From positions 1 to 61,890 of the forward strand of contig JAHEYZ010000001.1 in the NCBI GenBank assembly GCA_023251295.1: 61,890 nucleotides of DNA. Reading direction: 5' to 3'. Positions 25,985 to 34,630 of the stretch are shown here, piece by piece (position 1 is the first letter of the stretch; every line of letters begins with the position of its first letter). Origin of the DNA: Nitrosotalea sp. GTDB taxonomy: Archaea; Thermoproteota; Nitrososphaeria; Nitrososphaerales; Nitrosopumilaceae. The translations under genes and the position numbers were made by a program. The notes beneath the pieces were generated by a model, which was not told where the DNA came from, ran no database searches, and saw only the letters and a list, made by a program, of their open reading frames with translations.

Positions 25985-26196
25985 ATTTTAGCCTCTGGTT
26001 CTGATTTACTCCAATCAGTCATTTTGATTGTACCTATCAATGCACAAGTCACACCAATCAAAATAAATCCTGTCGAAAGATAATTGGTCACTTCAATTCC
26101 ACTTTCAAATAGTTTTGAACTTATAGTCATAGCAAAACCCATAAACAAAACTACTATGCCGAATAACATTAGTGGTAAGTAAAAGTAGCTATTCAT
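25981..26196 (-). CDS. Two-TM membrane protein
   Basis: Contains LPLMLFGIVVLFMGFAMTI and GFILIGVTCALIGTI. Confidence 0.6.
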   Translation of the reverse strand: MNSYFYLPLMLFGIVVLFMGFAMTISSKLFESGIEVTNYLSTGFILIGVTCALIGTIKMTDWSKSEPEAKI

Positions 26197-26324
26197 ATTT
26201 TTAAATCCAAACTGTAACTATCATCTGAACCACAAACAATATGTTTTGTTTTATGATAATGTATGACCATGTTTTCAAAGGTAAAAAACTCCATCTTACA
26301 ATCAAGACATAAATAACTACTCAT
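26193..26324 (-). CDS. 43-aa classical C2H2 zinc-finger protein (below cutoff)
   Basis: Hand translation MSSYLCLDCKMEFFTFENMVIHYHKTKHIVCGSDDSYSLDLKI. ATGA overlap with 25981..26196. Confidence 0.45.
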   Translation of the reverse strand: MSSYLCLDCKMEFFTFENMVIHYHKTKHIVCGSDDSYSLDLKI

Positions 26325-26474
26325 GGGTTATTCCATTCCTGAGTCATTGTATTAACTCCAAGCATTTGTAATAAATAAATGCAATGTCTTTACATTTCTT
26401 TTGTTTATGATTTTTGAATTTAACTTTGCAGAATGGACATCGATCATCCATTATTGTTAATCTCTTATCACCGA

Positions 26475-26690
26475 TCATTTATTTTCCCTCTCTTTGTTCC
26501 ATTCTTCTGCTTTTTTTCTAACATCTGATCTCCTTACTATCTCCTGAACTTTTTCGTAGAAATTCAGATCTGCACCATAAACTTTTGTTTTGTCAAGCCA
26601 TCCTATGCTGGTTTTTAATTCTTGATCATGATCAGCAAAATCAACCAGTACATCTACCATTTCCATAAAATCTTTTGATGGTTCTGTCAT
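26475..26690 (-). CDS. Hypothetical protein
   Basis: ORF track. Confidence 0.55.
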   Translation of the reverse strand: MTEPSKDFMEMVDVLVDFADHDQELKTSIGWLDKTKVYGADLNFYEKVQEIVRRSDVRKKAEEWNKERENK

Positions 26691-26920
26691 ACATTTCTCC
26701 GCATCTTGCGATTAATTCCCATCCCAAGAACAGACATTGCAATCTCATCTACAAGTTCTTGTAATAACTCTTCATCGTTTTTTTCTGTACCAAGTGGTGT
26801 TAATCTGCACTCAATTAGATGATTATCTATTTTTATTCTCAAATCTTCTGGCGTTATGCTTGGTTGTATTGTTGCATACTTGCCAACCAGACAGCAAATC
26901 AATCTATCCCGTTCCATCAC
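26687..26920 (-). CDS. Hypothetical protein
   Basis: ORF track; 4-nt overlap with the downstream gene. Confidence 0.55.
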   Translation of the reverse strand: MMERDRLICCLVGKYATIQPSITPEDLRIKIDNHLIECRLTPLGTEKNDEELLQELVDEIAMSVLGMGINRKMRRNV

Positions 26921-27086
26921 TTCCCTCTTTATTTATTTCATTGTCTATTGCACTTTCAAACATTGTCCTATACACTCCATAAACATTGTTTTTGTCACAG
27001 ATCTTGTTCCATTCTTCGGGATGATTTTTTCTTGCACATTTCAGATAATCTAATATCATACACAATAGTAAAGTAAATGAAATCAC
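26904..27086 (-). CDS. Hypothetical protein
   Basis: ORF track. Confidence 0.45.
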   Translation of the reverse strand: MISFTLLLCMILDYLKCARKNHPEEWNKICDKNNVYGVYRTMFESAIDNEINKEGSDGTG

Positions 27087-27113
27087 TATTAATAAAGATT
27101 ATAGCATATTGTT

Positions 27114-27713
27114 CTATAACAAACTACTAGGTTCTTTTTCTGGTTTTGTATAATCATCCAAGCTCTGAATTTTTATTTTCTTTTGTTCTATATCAGGCTG
27201 TTCGATTCCGATCCTATACTTTATTTTAGTCCAGTGTTCCTTTGAACAAAAGTAATAATTTGCCCATTCCCTTCCTGACTGGCTGTAAACTCTGACAACA
27301 AAAACCCTTCTGATTGTAGTTAGATCAATGTCACAGCTTTCATACCTGCAAATTTTTTTTCGTATTTTCTGGTACTTGTCGTATGCTTTTTCCACCTTTG
27401 GATAGTTCTGTTCCCGAAAATTCTGGCTGTCAAAATATTCACCATGTTTTCTTGCCAGCCCAAAGTCCTTGTTATAGTTTGATTTTGCATTTAGATAATC
27501 CCTGTTTGCTTTCTTTTCTAATTCATCTATCTCACCAAATACATCTTGAAAGTGTCCATCACAAATGAAACATGTTTTGTTCTGTTCCATATATTCTGCA
27601 TGTTTGAACTCTATCTCCCTGAGATTGAAACTACTGGAACATCTATCTCTTGACTCTGTAGAATTTCCTTTCTCATCAACACCCCTGTAAATTCTAACAT
27701 AATCACATTTCAT
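27114..27713 (-). CDS. Hypothetical Cys-containing protein, 199 aa
   Basis: ORF track; contains CFICDGH. Confidence 0.65.
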   Translation of the reverse strand: MKCDYVRIYRGVDEKGNSTESRDRCSSSFNLREIEFKHAEYMEQNKTCFICDGHFQDVFGEIDELEKKANRDYLNAKSNYNKDFGLARKHGEYFDSQNFREQNYPKVEKAYDKYQKIRKKICRYESCDIDLTTIRRVFVVRVYSQSGREWANYYFCSKEHWTKIKYRIGIEQPDIEQKKIKIQSLDDYTKPEKEPSSLL

Positions 27714-27782
27714 TTTTTGCTATCATACTGCCAGCTATAGATCAACTATGCTGATTGAATTGCAAAATCTATAAACCTTATG

Positions 27783-28070
27783 TTAGATCGAACATGTTGG
27801 GCAAAATACATTTCTACCCTTCTGTCCACAGTTAGGACATGATCCTGAACTTTTCGGTGAACCATAAACTGGTCTGATTGATGATGCCCGTTGGATTGCA
27901 CCAGATGGTGATTTTTTATATGTCTGTGTTGAAATGTATGACTGACCACCACTTGTTATTTTTTTAACTATCTCTGAATCATTTGCAAACCTTCTTCCTA
28001 CATTGCTACGTATTGTTACTCTTTTTACTATTTTTGGTCTTGGTGGCAATTTTGGTAGGATTGGTGGCAT
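27783..28070 (-). CDS. Basic protein with C-terminal zinc ribbon (paralog of 6392..6676)
   Basis: Reads MPPILPKLPPRPK...CPNCGQKGRNVFCPTCSI. A class-A promoter is centred 30 nt upstream of the ATG. Confidence 0.75.
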   Translation of the reverse strand: MPPILPKLPPRPKIVKRVTIRSNVGRRFANDSEIVKKITSGGQSYISTQTYKKSPSGAIQRASSIRPVYGSPKSSGSCPNCGQKGRNVFCPTCSI

Positions 28071-28091
28071 TCTATTATCTATGATTTTGGA

Positions 28092-28107
28092 CTCTTATAA
28101 AAGAAAA
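28092..28107 (-). promoter_or_regulatory. Class-A promoter motif
   Basis: Exact CTCTTATAAAAGAAAA. The ATG at 28070 lies about 30 nt from the TATA centre, implying a leaderless or near-leaderless mRNA. Confidence 0.7.
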
Positions 28108-28122
28108 TTATTATTACATCTA

Positions 28123-28824
28123 TTACTGATTAATTTTTGATTTGCGGATCTGAAAAAATGAATTAATTACAAAAAGTATTAATCCTAATCCTAGGATTAA
28201 TTCAAAAAATTCAGAATCATAATTTATAAAAAAACCAAATGTTACCCTACCATTAATAAATTCAACAGGAACATACTTCATTGTCAATACTGTAATTAAT
28301 ACAGAACTAAAATAACTAAATAGAAATTTAGGTGGTAACGCATATTTGATAAATAGTTCGTTTTTGGCAAAAAATTTAATTTTTGGAAATATTAACCAAG
28401 CAAATGAACCCAAGAATGAAGTTATTATATAATAAAAATGTCTATATGGTTGCATTGAATCTAAATTATGTATGCTTATTTCTCTTTGTGTATTAGCAGA
28501 GAACATTAGATTATCAAATCCTAGAATACGTTGACCATAGCTAATTTCTTCTAATCCTGTAATCAAAAAAGTTATTGATAAAATTATAAATATTGAGAAT
28601 GCACCTTTGTTTTTTTTCATATATTTTAACATGAATATTGAAAAACCGAATGCCATAAAATAAAATAATGCAGTAAGATTTTCAATCAGATTATCTTCAT
28701 TAGTTAAAGATCTATAAAATGGATCATCAATACCATTTAATATTTTGTTTAAAAAAACAATCCCGATTAATACGATTGGAATTATAAAGATAATCCAGTG
28801 ATTTAGTTTCATCTTATTTTTCAA
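28123..28824 (-). CDS. Polytopic membrane protein (about 6-7 TM), unusually AT-rich; track start is TTG, and an ATG at 28812 is likely
   Basis: Multiple hydrophobic segments. Sampled lines are about 25% GC, versus about 35% in the neighbours. Confidence 0.7.
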   Translation of the reverse strand: MKNKMKLNHWIIFIIPIVLIGIVFLNKILNGIDDPFYRSLTNEDNLIENLTALFYFMAFGFSIFMLKYMKKNKGAFSIFIILSITFLITGLEEISYGQRILGFDNLMFSANTQREISIHNLDSMQPYRHFYYIITSFLGSFAWLIFPKIKFFAKNELFIKYALPPKFLFSYFSSVLITVLTMKYVPVEFINGRVTFGFFINYDSEFFELILGLGLILFVINSFFQIRKSKINQ

Positions 28825-28890
28825 TAGTTTTTATTTATTTTTAATTATTTAATCATGCTGGTTTTTGTTAAAAATTAACTATGTTTTTAT

Positions 28891-29646
28891 CTATGATTTT
28901 GGAATCACAAAATTAAACAACGTGAACAAACCGAAGAAAAGGGCAACTGGCATTATTCCTATCACCGACCATGCAATATCTTTGGCCGACTGGCACTGTT
29001 CAGAACCAGTTTCTCCTTCACCAACACTACCGCCTGTAGCAGTTACTTTCAATAACATATCTTCTATGCCAAACTGTTGAAAGAAACCAGATAGGGGATC
29101 TTCTTGATGCATCCATAAATGACCTGAACTAATATCTGAGGTTGAACTTAGAAATTCAGCTTCACTATCCCAATTTTCCATGTGTAATGCTACAAATGTA
29201 TTTGGATCATTTACTGTTACAGGTGGAGTGAAAAGAAATGTAAAGTTAACATTACTACCACCAGCTAATTGTTCCGTATTATCTGATTCTGCAACTAATG
29301 TTGATGTATCTATATCTGTTACAGCTCCTATCCAAATTTGTGATTCGATTGTTCCAGTAGTTTCACCAAATGTATTAATTCCATTTACTGTAACTGACGT
29401 TATTTGTTGTCCTGTAGTTGAAACTAACTGACCAATCCATGTATTTGTAGCTCCACCATTTATTGTACTATCTGATGATTCTGCTAGTGTATCAAATGGT
29501 ATATCTGAACTGCCACCGCCACCGCCACCGCCACTTGAAGCAGGACATTCCAATGAATCTGCTACTTCACCAAAAGCAAAAATACCTACTAGCAACCCTG
29601 CACCAGATCCAACTAATGCCAATACTAGCGCCAGTGATACTACCAT
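28891..29646 (-). CDS. Two-TM Cys-stapled hairpin-family protein carrying a roughly 170-aa Gly/Thr/Ser-rich ectodomain cassette
   Basis: N-terminus MVVSLALVLALVGSGAGLLVGIFAFGEVADSLECPASSGGGGGG. C-terminus GSEQCQSAKDIAWSVIGIMPVALFFGLFTLFNFVIPKS. Both ends are shared with 29689..30828. Confidence 0.85.
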   Translation of the reverse strand: MVVSLALVLALVGSGAGLLVGIFAFGEVADSLECPASSGGGGGGGSSDIPFDTLAESSDSTINGGATNTWIGQLVSTTGQQITSVTVNGINTFGETTGTIESQIWIGAVTDIDTSTLVAESDNTEQLAGGSNVNFTFLFTPPVTVNDPNTFVALHMENWDSEAEFLSSTSDISSGHLWMHQEDPLSGFFQQFGIEDMLLKVTATGGSVGEGETGSEQCQSAKDIAWSVIGIMPVALFFGLFTLFNFVIPKS

Positions 29647-29670
29647 TACTGGTTTTTTATCATGTCTAGA

Positions 29671-29686
29671 CTCTTATAAAAGAAAA
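29671..29686 (-). promoter_or_regulatory. Class-A promoter motif
   Basis: Exact motif, preceded on the plus strand by TCTAGA. The ATG at 29646 is 32 nt from the TATA centre. Confidence 0.7.
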
Positions 29687-29688
29687 TT

Positions 29689-30828
29689 TTATGATTTTGG
29701 AATCACAAAATTAAACAACGTGAACAAACCGAAGAAAAGGGCAACTGGCATTATTCCTATCACCGACCATGCAATATCTTTGGCCGACTGGCACTGTTCA
29801 GAACCAGTTCCATCACTTCCACCGCTACCTGTGGTTGTTACAACTCCATTTGCAGTTGTATCATCAAAACTATAATATGCAACTCTTGTTGATGGTGATA
29901 TTCCGAGTGAAGATACACTTGCACCAGAACCACTATTCCACATATTATCAATGTCAGTATCACTTAAGATATAGCCATTCCAAATTGCAAGGTCATCAAC
30001 CATGAAAGTATCTTCAATGTTTGAACCACCACTGTTATGATCTCCATCACTGCCAATTGTTAAAAAGTCAATCGGTGGGTTATTATTACCAGTCCAATCA
30101 TTTTTTGTGCCACCATTGTTGGCTGTTGCATCCCCACGACATCCTTCAACTACTCCACCATTACCTAAGTCACTTGTTCCATCAAGGCAATACCTAAAGT
30201 TTGCATTTCCCGTTGTAATTGATTTGTCGTATGTAAATGTCAATAAGTGCCATTGACCATCATCTGGTGGTTCGCTTGGAGTTGGTGACATAAAAGCTGA
30301 GATTTTTTGACTGTTATCATCCTCAATTATTGGGCGAAGTCTTCCTGATTCTGTTTCAATAAATAATCCATCTGTCTGACCGACTGGTGCAAAGTTTGAA
30401 AGTAAATGATATTCATTACTACCAACCACATCGCCCTTCAACCAAAACGAAATACTAATTTCATCAGATCCAGTTGCTTGACCTGACAAAAACCACCAAT
30501 CAGAAGGTGTAGATCCAAGATAAATTTCACCGTTAAGTGCGCCACCGCCACTTGCAACTCCTTCCTGTACTACAGCCTCATTAATTTTTCCTGTCACTGA
30601 TGGCAAGAAATCAACAATGACTTCCGACTCTGCATAAACCGCATCCTCAGCAGAACCCAAAGTTCCCAAATTATCATAACTTGTAACATTTGTAACAGAA
30701 ATCAATGTACTTCCACTTGAAGCTGGACATTCCAATGTATCAGAAACTTCACTAAAAGCAAAAATGCCGATTAGTAACCCTGCACCAGATCCAATTAATG
30801 CCAATACTAGCGCCAGTGATACTACCAT
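29689..30828 (-). CDS. Two-TM Cys-stapled hairpin-family protein carrying a LamG / concanavalin-like lectin ectodomain cassette
   Basis: Same N- and C-terminal blocks as 28891..29646. The central region SISFWLKGDVVGSNEYHLLSN...GQWHLLTFTYD...VDDLAIWNGYILSDTDIDNMWNSG matches the Laminin_G_3 pattern. Confidence 0.85.
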   Translation of the reverse strand: MVVSLALVLALIGSGAGLLIGIFAFSEVSDTLECPASSGSTLISVTNVTSYDNLGTLGSAEDAVYAESEVIVDFLPSVTGKINEAVVQEGVASGGGALNGEIYLGSTPSDWWFLSGQATGSDEISISFWLKGDVVGSNEYHLLSNFAPVGQTDGLFIETESGRLRPIIEDDNSQKISAFMSPTPSEPPDDGQWHLLTFTYDKSITTGNANFRYCLDGTSDLGNGGVVEGCRGDATANNGGTKNDWTGNNNPPIDFLTIGSDGDHNSGGSNIEDTFMVDDLAIWNGYILSDTDIDNMWNSGSGASVSSLGISPSTRVAYYSFDDTTANGVVTTTGSGGSDGTGSEQCQSAKDIAWSVIGIMPVALFFGLFTLFNFVIPKS

Positions 30829-30852
30829 TACTGGTTTTTTATCACATCTAGA

Positions 30853-30868
30853 CTCTTATAAAAGAAAA
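30853..30868 (-). promoter_or_regulatory. Class-A promoter motif
   Basis: Exact motif. The ATG at 30828 is 32 nt from the TATA centre. The motif overlaps the last codons of ORF 30869..31021. Confidence 0.7.
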
Positions 30869-31021
30869 TTAAATTCTTGGAAAGTCCTGTTTGAATCTCT
30901 TTTTCTTCTGACCTCTTCGTAAAAGCCTCTTACAGACTTTGCATTTGATCTCTGTCTTTGGGTAAACTAATTCACATAATCGACAATAATTATTGACTGC
31001 ATAATCTGGTTTTTTTGCCAT
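30869..31021 (-). CDS. 50-aa basic zinc-ribbon protein (below cutoff)
   Basis: Hand translation MAKKPDYAVNNYCRLCELVYPKTEIKCKVCKRLLRRGQKKKRFKQDFPRI. TAATG overlap with 31021..31242. Confidence 0.5.
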   Translation of the reverse strand: MAKKPDYAVNNYCRLCELVYPKTEIKCKVCKRLLRRGQKKKRFKQDFPRI

Positions 31022-31242
31022 TATGTTTCCTCTTCATCCCCATCACTTGCATAGATTCTCTCATCCATCTCATGATACATTATCTTTGACCAGTTTGCTA
31101 TCACACGTATTGGTATCCTCTGTACCCCCATTGTTTCAAGGTTGCCATTCTTTTTTTCCTTGAACTCAAAAACAATTTCGCCAGTCATTGGATCACTGAC
31201 AATATCGATAACCCTATCATTATCCATTTTTAACTCAACCAT
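31021..31242 (-). CDS. Hypothetical protein
   Basis: ORF track. Confidence 0.55.
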   Translation of the reverse strand: MVELKMDNDRVIDIVSDPMTGEIVFEFKEKKNGNLETMGVQRIPIRVIANWSKIMYHEMDERIYASDGDEEET

Positions 31243-31360
31243 TTTTTAGACCATCCCACTCAACAAATCTAGCAGATAGCCTATGCCCAATCCCATTGGT
31301 ATTGTACTGAATATTGCAATGTTCCATATTATCAAATATTTTTTACTAAATTTTCTGTTG

Positions 31361-32761
31361 TTATTCAAAGACATCAGATCCATCAAGCCTCAACTGTTTT
31401 GTCCTGTCATCATTAAATTGTCTTTCCCAATCAGCCTTGTCATTATAATGATATGTGGATTTTACTTTCTGTGTATCATCTATAAACCCATCTGCAAGAA
31501 GCATCCATCTGATTATTTGGAAGTTAGAGTTTGCATGGAATGACCAGAACTCATTAACAAATTCAGATTTTTCCGCAACTATTTTCTGCTTAATATATTT
31601 TACAACGTCATCATATTTTGTTATGTTTCTGTCCTTGATTCTGTCTGAGATTTCATCATAAATGAATTTGACAATATCAATCTCGTTTTCAGCCATCCTG
31701 ATTTTTTTCAGTTCGTTCCTGTTGTCTTGAACTGACATATCCAGATGTTTTCTAATACATAACTTTAGATCCTTTGGATTGAAGTAAACTCCTGTATCAC
31801 TCAACATGTATCTGTATAGCTTGTTGTCTGGTACAATTGGTAGGCATCCGTTCAATATAGAATCCAAGATTGACATGTTCCATGTTGCATATCCCTTTGT
31901 ATTGCATACAGAGAAGTGGCTTTTCATTATCAAATATCCATACTGATTGAATACAAGCCTCTTGTTGATGATGAATTTTTTCTCTTCCAACATAGGTTTG
32001 TTCTTCAAGCTTTGATCATCAGTAAGCCACAGAACAAAGTCATCCCTTTCCTTTGCAAGTTCTGTACATGCATCAACAACTTCCTGCCATCCAGTAGTAT
32101 TGTTCAGCCTGTGATTGAATAGAATTATTTTCTTGTCTGGCAGTGTAATTGGATCTTCACCAAATTTTGTTGCCTTTGGATGAAAGAATCCATACTTGTA
32201 TGATGATTCCTTTCCAGTTATTTCATTCACAGAGTTGTCGTACAGACTTTTTGCATACTCATTATGGAAGCATGACAGATTAGAACTTAGCACCCCATCG
32301 ATCTCCCTGTAGATGTAACCAGTCAGACCATGTGCAAAGTCAGATGATTCCTTGCAGTCAATCCAGTGAAAATAATTAATTATGATTGGATTTTCCCTTC
32401 TCTGGTTCTGGAAAAATACTTTCAGATTTGCAGAAATTTCTGGCTGGTTAGATATTATTACATCAACATCTGTGCTGTATGGTAGTGCTTTTGATATGAT
32501 GTTTCGATTAAAGTGGTATCTGTTCTGGTGTATTGATGTGCAATAATCATACTCTATACACTGCACAATATGGTTTGTTGGAAAGAATGAGCTGTTGAAT
32601 TTCTTTGGTACTAGGACAAGAAATCTCCAATCATTAGGAAGGCTGTTTATCAGACTTTTTGTGAATAGAAATCCAGAGTCCTTCTGGTAGAGAAATCTTT
32701 TTGAGATTTTATCTACTACAACTGGATTCATATAAACAAGTACTCTTAATCTCATCTTCAT
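31361..32761 (-). CDS. GT-B-fold glycosyltransferase-like protein (tentative) with C-terminal extension
   Basis: KKIILFNHRLNNTTGWQEVVDA... and KGYATWNMSILDSILNGCLPIVPD resemble the GT1/GT4 C-terminal nucleotide-sugar-binding region. Confidence 0.7.
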   Translation of the reverse strand: MKMRLRVLVYMNPVVVDKISKRFLYQKDSGFLFTKSLINSLPNDWRFLVLVPKKFNSSFFPTNHIVQCIEYDYCTSIHQNRYHFNRNIISKALPYSTDVDVIISNQPEISANLKVFFQNQRRENPIIINYFHWIDCKESSDFAHGLTGYIYREIDGVLSSNLSCFHNEYAKSLYDNSVNEITGKESSYKYGFFHPKATKFGEDPITLPDKKIILFNHRLNNTTGWQEVVDACTELAKERDDFVLWLTDDQSLKNKPMLEEKKFIINKRLVFNQYGYLIMKSHFSVCNTKGYATWNMSILDSILNGCLPIVPDNKLYRYMLSDTGVYFNPKDLKLCIRKHLDMSVQDNRNELKKIRMAENEIDIVKFIYDEISDRIKDRNITKYDDVVKYIKQKIVAEKSEFVNEFWSFHANSNFQIIRWMLLADGFIDDTQKVKSTYHYNDKADWERQFNDDRTKQLRLDGSDVFE

Positions 32762-33465
32762 CCCGTACCATTGATTACCCCATGCCAGTCAAAGAGTTCT
32801 GGATAATAATTTGCAATAAAGCTGTTTGGATCTGTGAATTTAACATCTGTCATTGAATCTATAAAGAACCAATCATGAGGAAATGTTATTGTCTTTGTTT
32901 TTTCATCCCTTGCGAACTGGTATGTATTGCATCCTACAAATGCACCTAAAGTTGCACATCGATTAATGTCTTTTAACAGATAACCTGTTTCATGGAAACA
33001 TTGATTGACTGGTCTTGGAGATGGATACACTTTCTGACTTGACATGTATTCCCAAAATGAAAACTGCCATGCAACACTTGGTAGATTACTTGGGTCTTCC
33101 TCTATTATTTTTTTCAGGTTCATACAGCTCATCGCATGGGTTTTTTCCTGCCACTCTGCACGGAGTTTCTTCTCTGGTGTTTCACCAGACCATACAAATA
33201 CAGAAGAAGCCCAGACCAGCAACCCCATCACTACCACTCCAATAATGACTATTGGCAAAAGCTGTCTTAACGAAATAATATTATCATCATCTTCAATGAA
33301 TCTCCTTGGAGCTTGTATCGGGTCACGCGTATAGTCTGCATTCTCAAAGACTTCTTTTTTTGTTAATTTCTTTTTAGCTGTTGGTCTAGATTTTATTTTG
33401 GGGTCTTCTCTTTCAGCTCTGCGTAAAATACCCAAATCTAACAACAGTCTGACAATCAGATTCAT
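32758..33465 (-). CDS. Single-pass membrane protein
   Basis: TM segment LLPIVIIGVVVMGLLVWASSVFVW. 4-nt overlaps with the genes on both sides. Confidence 0.7.
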   Translation of the reverse strand: MNLIVRLLLDLGILRRAEREDPKIKSRPTAKKKLTKKEVFENADYTRDPIQAPRRFIEDDDNIISLRQLLPIVIIGVVVMGLLVWASSVFVWSGETPEKKLRAEWQEKTHAMSCMNLKKIIEEDPSNLPSVAWQFSFWEYMSSQKVYPSPRPVNQCFHETGYLLKDINRCATLGAFVGCNTYQFARDEKTKTITFPHDWFFIDSMTDVKFTDPNSFIANYYPELFDWHGVINGTG

Positions 33466-33935
33466 CTATTTTCTCCATTTTTTCTGGTTTTTGTTCGGTT
33501 CGCTTTGTATCCTTCGCGCTCTGTCAAATTATTTCTTTTTAGTAACTTTAGTTTATTCTCCAAATACCATCTTTTGTTGTATTCACTGATCTCATCACGC
33601 CTGTTTCTTTTGTCGAAATAACTGTAATCCTTAAGAAATTTCTTGTAGCTCTTGTCATTATGGTATCTTCTATTCACGCTTTTTCTTACTGCTTCGTTTA
33701 TTTTGGCAACATAATCTGGATCTTTTCTGTAAATTCTGTTTAATTTTTTTGATGATGCTAGCGAGATCAATCTTGATTTTTCATGCAGTCTTTTTGTAAT
33801 TGTAGGTGGTGATAAGTTAAAGTATCTTGCAATCTCGATTTGTTTCATTCCATTTTTGTATAATAAATGAATCTTTTCATTTATTTCTGGTGTTACCTTC
33901 CTGTATTTTTTTGGGTATTTTGGTTTCTCTACCAT
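33462..33935 (-). CDS. Basic HTH DNA-binding protein
   Basis: NGMKQIEIARYFNLSPPTITKRL is a helix-turn-helix pattern. The remainder of the protein is K/R-rich. Confidence 0.7.
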   Translation of the reverse strand: MVEKPKYPKKYRKVTPEINEKIHLLYKNGMKQIEIARYFNLSPPTITKRLHEKSRLISLASSKKLNRIYRKDPDYVAKINEAVRKSVNRRYHNDKSYKKFLKDYSYFDKRNRRDEISEYNKRWYLENKLKLLKRNNLTEREGYKANRTKTRKNGENR

Positions 33936-34099
33936 CCAGATTCAACCGTGTTCCCTAGCATCTTTATGACTTTCACGTTTATCCATGAAAGAAATATTAC
34001 TGAAAGCAGTACTGCAAATATAACTGGCATTCCTGTAGCATTCTCTAATAAAGTTACAAAAGCCATTAGTGGATTAAAGATGAAGAACCAAAGAATCAT
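33929..34099 (-). CDS. 56-aa two-TM membrane protein (below cutoff)
   Basis: Hand translation MILWFFIFNPLMAFVTLLENATGMPVIFAVLLSVIFLSWINVKVIKMLGNTVESGW. Overlaps on both sides (ATGA upstream, ATGGTAG downstream). Confidence 0.5.
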   Translation of the reverse strand: MILWFFIFNPLMAFVTLLENATGMPVIFAVLLSVIFLSWINVKVIKMLGNTVESGW

Positions 34100-34326
34100 T
34101 TTGTAGCCTCTAATAATTTTTCATTTAGTAATTCTTGCTCTGCAAGCTGTTTTATCAAATCATTCCGTGATATTGTCAGCAATTCAAAACTGATTTCCAT
34201 CATTTTTAATTTTGATTTCAACTTATTGATTGTCGTAATGTTTGGACAGTCTAGTCCAGATCTACATGTCTGATTCATCTTTACTCCTTGGTTTTTCCCA
34301 ACATGGAATGCAAATATCTTTTTCAT
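34096..34326 (-). CDS. Hypothetical coiled-coil protein (start may be the internal ATG at 34278)
   Basis: ORF track. Confidence 0.45.
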   Translation of the reverse strand: MKKIFAFHVGKNQGVKMNQTCRSGLDCPNITTINKLKSKLKMMEISFELLTISRNDLIKQLAEQELLNEKLLEATK

Positions 34327-34630
34327 TATCCCACAGTCTTATACCACATTCCTTACAGTATCGATTAGTTCCTTCCACTTTGTCGTGGCAAGTTCTACAA
34401 AGAATTTGTACCCTACCTGTTTTCTTTCCGTCTTTTTTTACATGATGTCTTGTTAACTGTTCTGTAGTTCTGCATTTTCTACATCGCTGACCATTAAATA
34501 ATTTATGTATCCTACTCATTGTTTTCTTATCTCCCTCGCTATGAAATTCAATTCCCTCATGATTTTGTTGTCGTCTTTTAATTCCAAACAGCAATCCCAC
34601 CATTCCACTACACAAGCCTCTCCTTAACAC
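34262..34630 (-). CDS. HNH-type nuclease-like protein plus zinc ribbon (the likely start is the ATG at 34519)
   Basis: CRKCRTTEQLTRHHVKKDGKKTGRVQILCRTCHDKVEG is followed by CKECGIRLWDNEKDICIPC. Confidence 0.6.
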   Translation of the reverse strand: MLRRGLCSGMVGLLFGIKRRQQNHEGIEFHSEGDKKTMSRIHKLFNGQRCRKCRTTEQLTRHHVKKDGKKTGRVQILCRTCHDKVEGTNRYCKECGIRLWDNEKDICIPCWEKPRSKDESDM

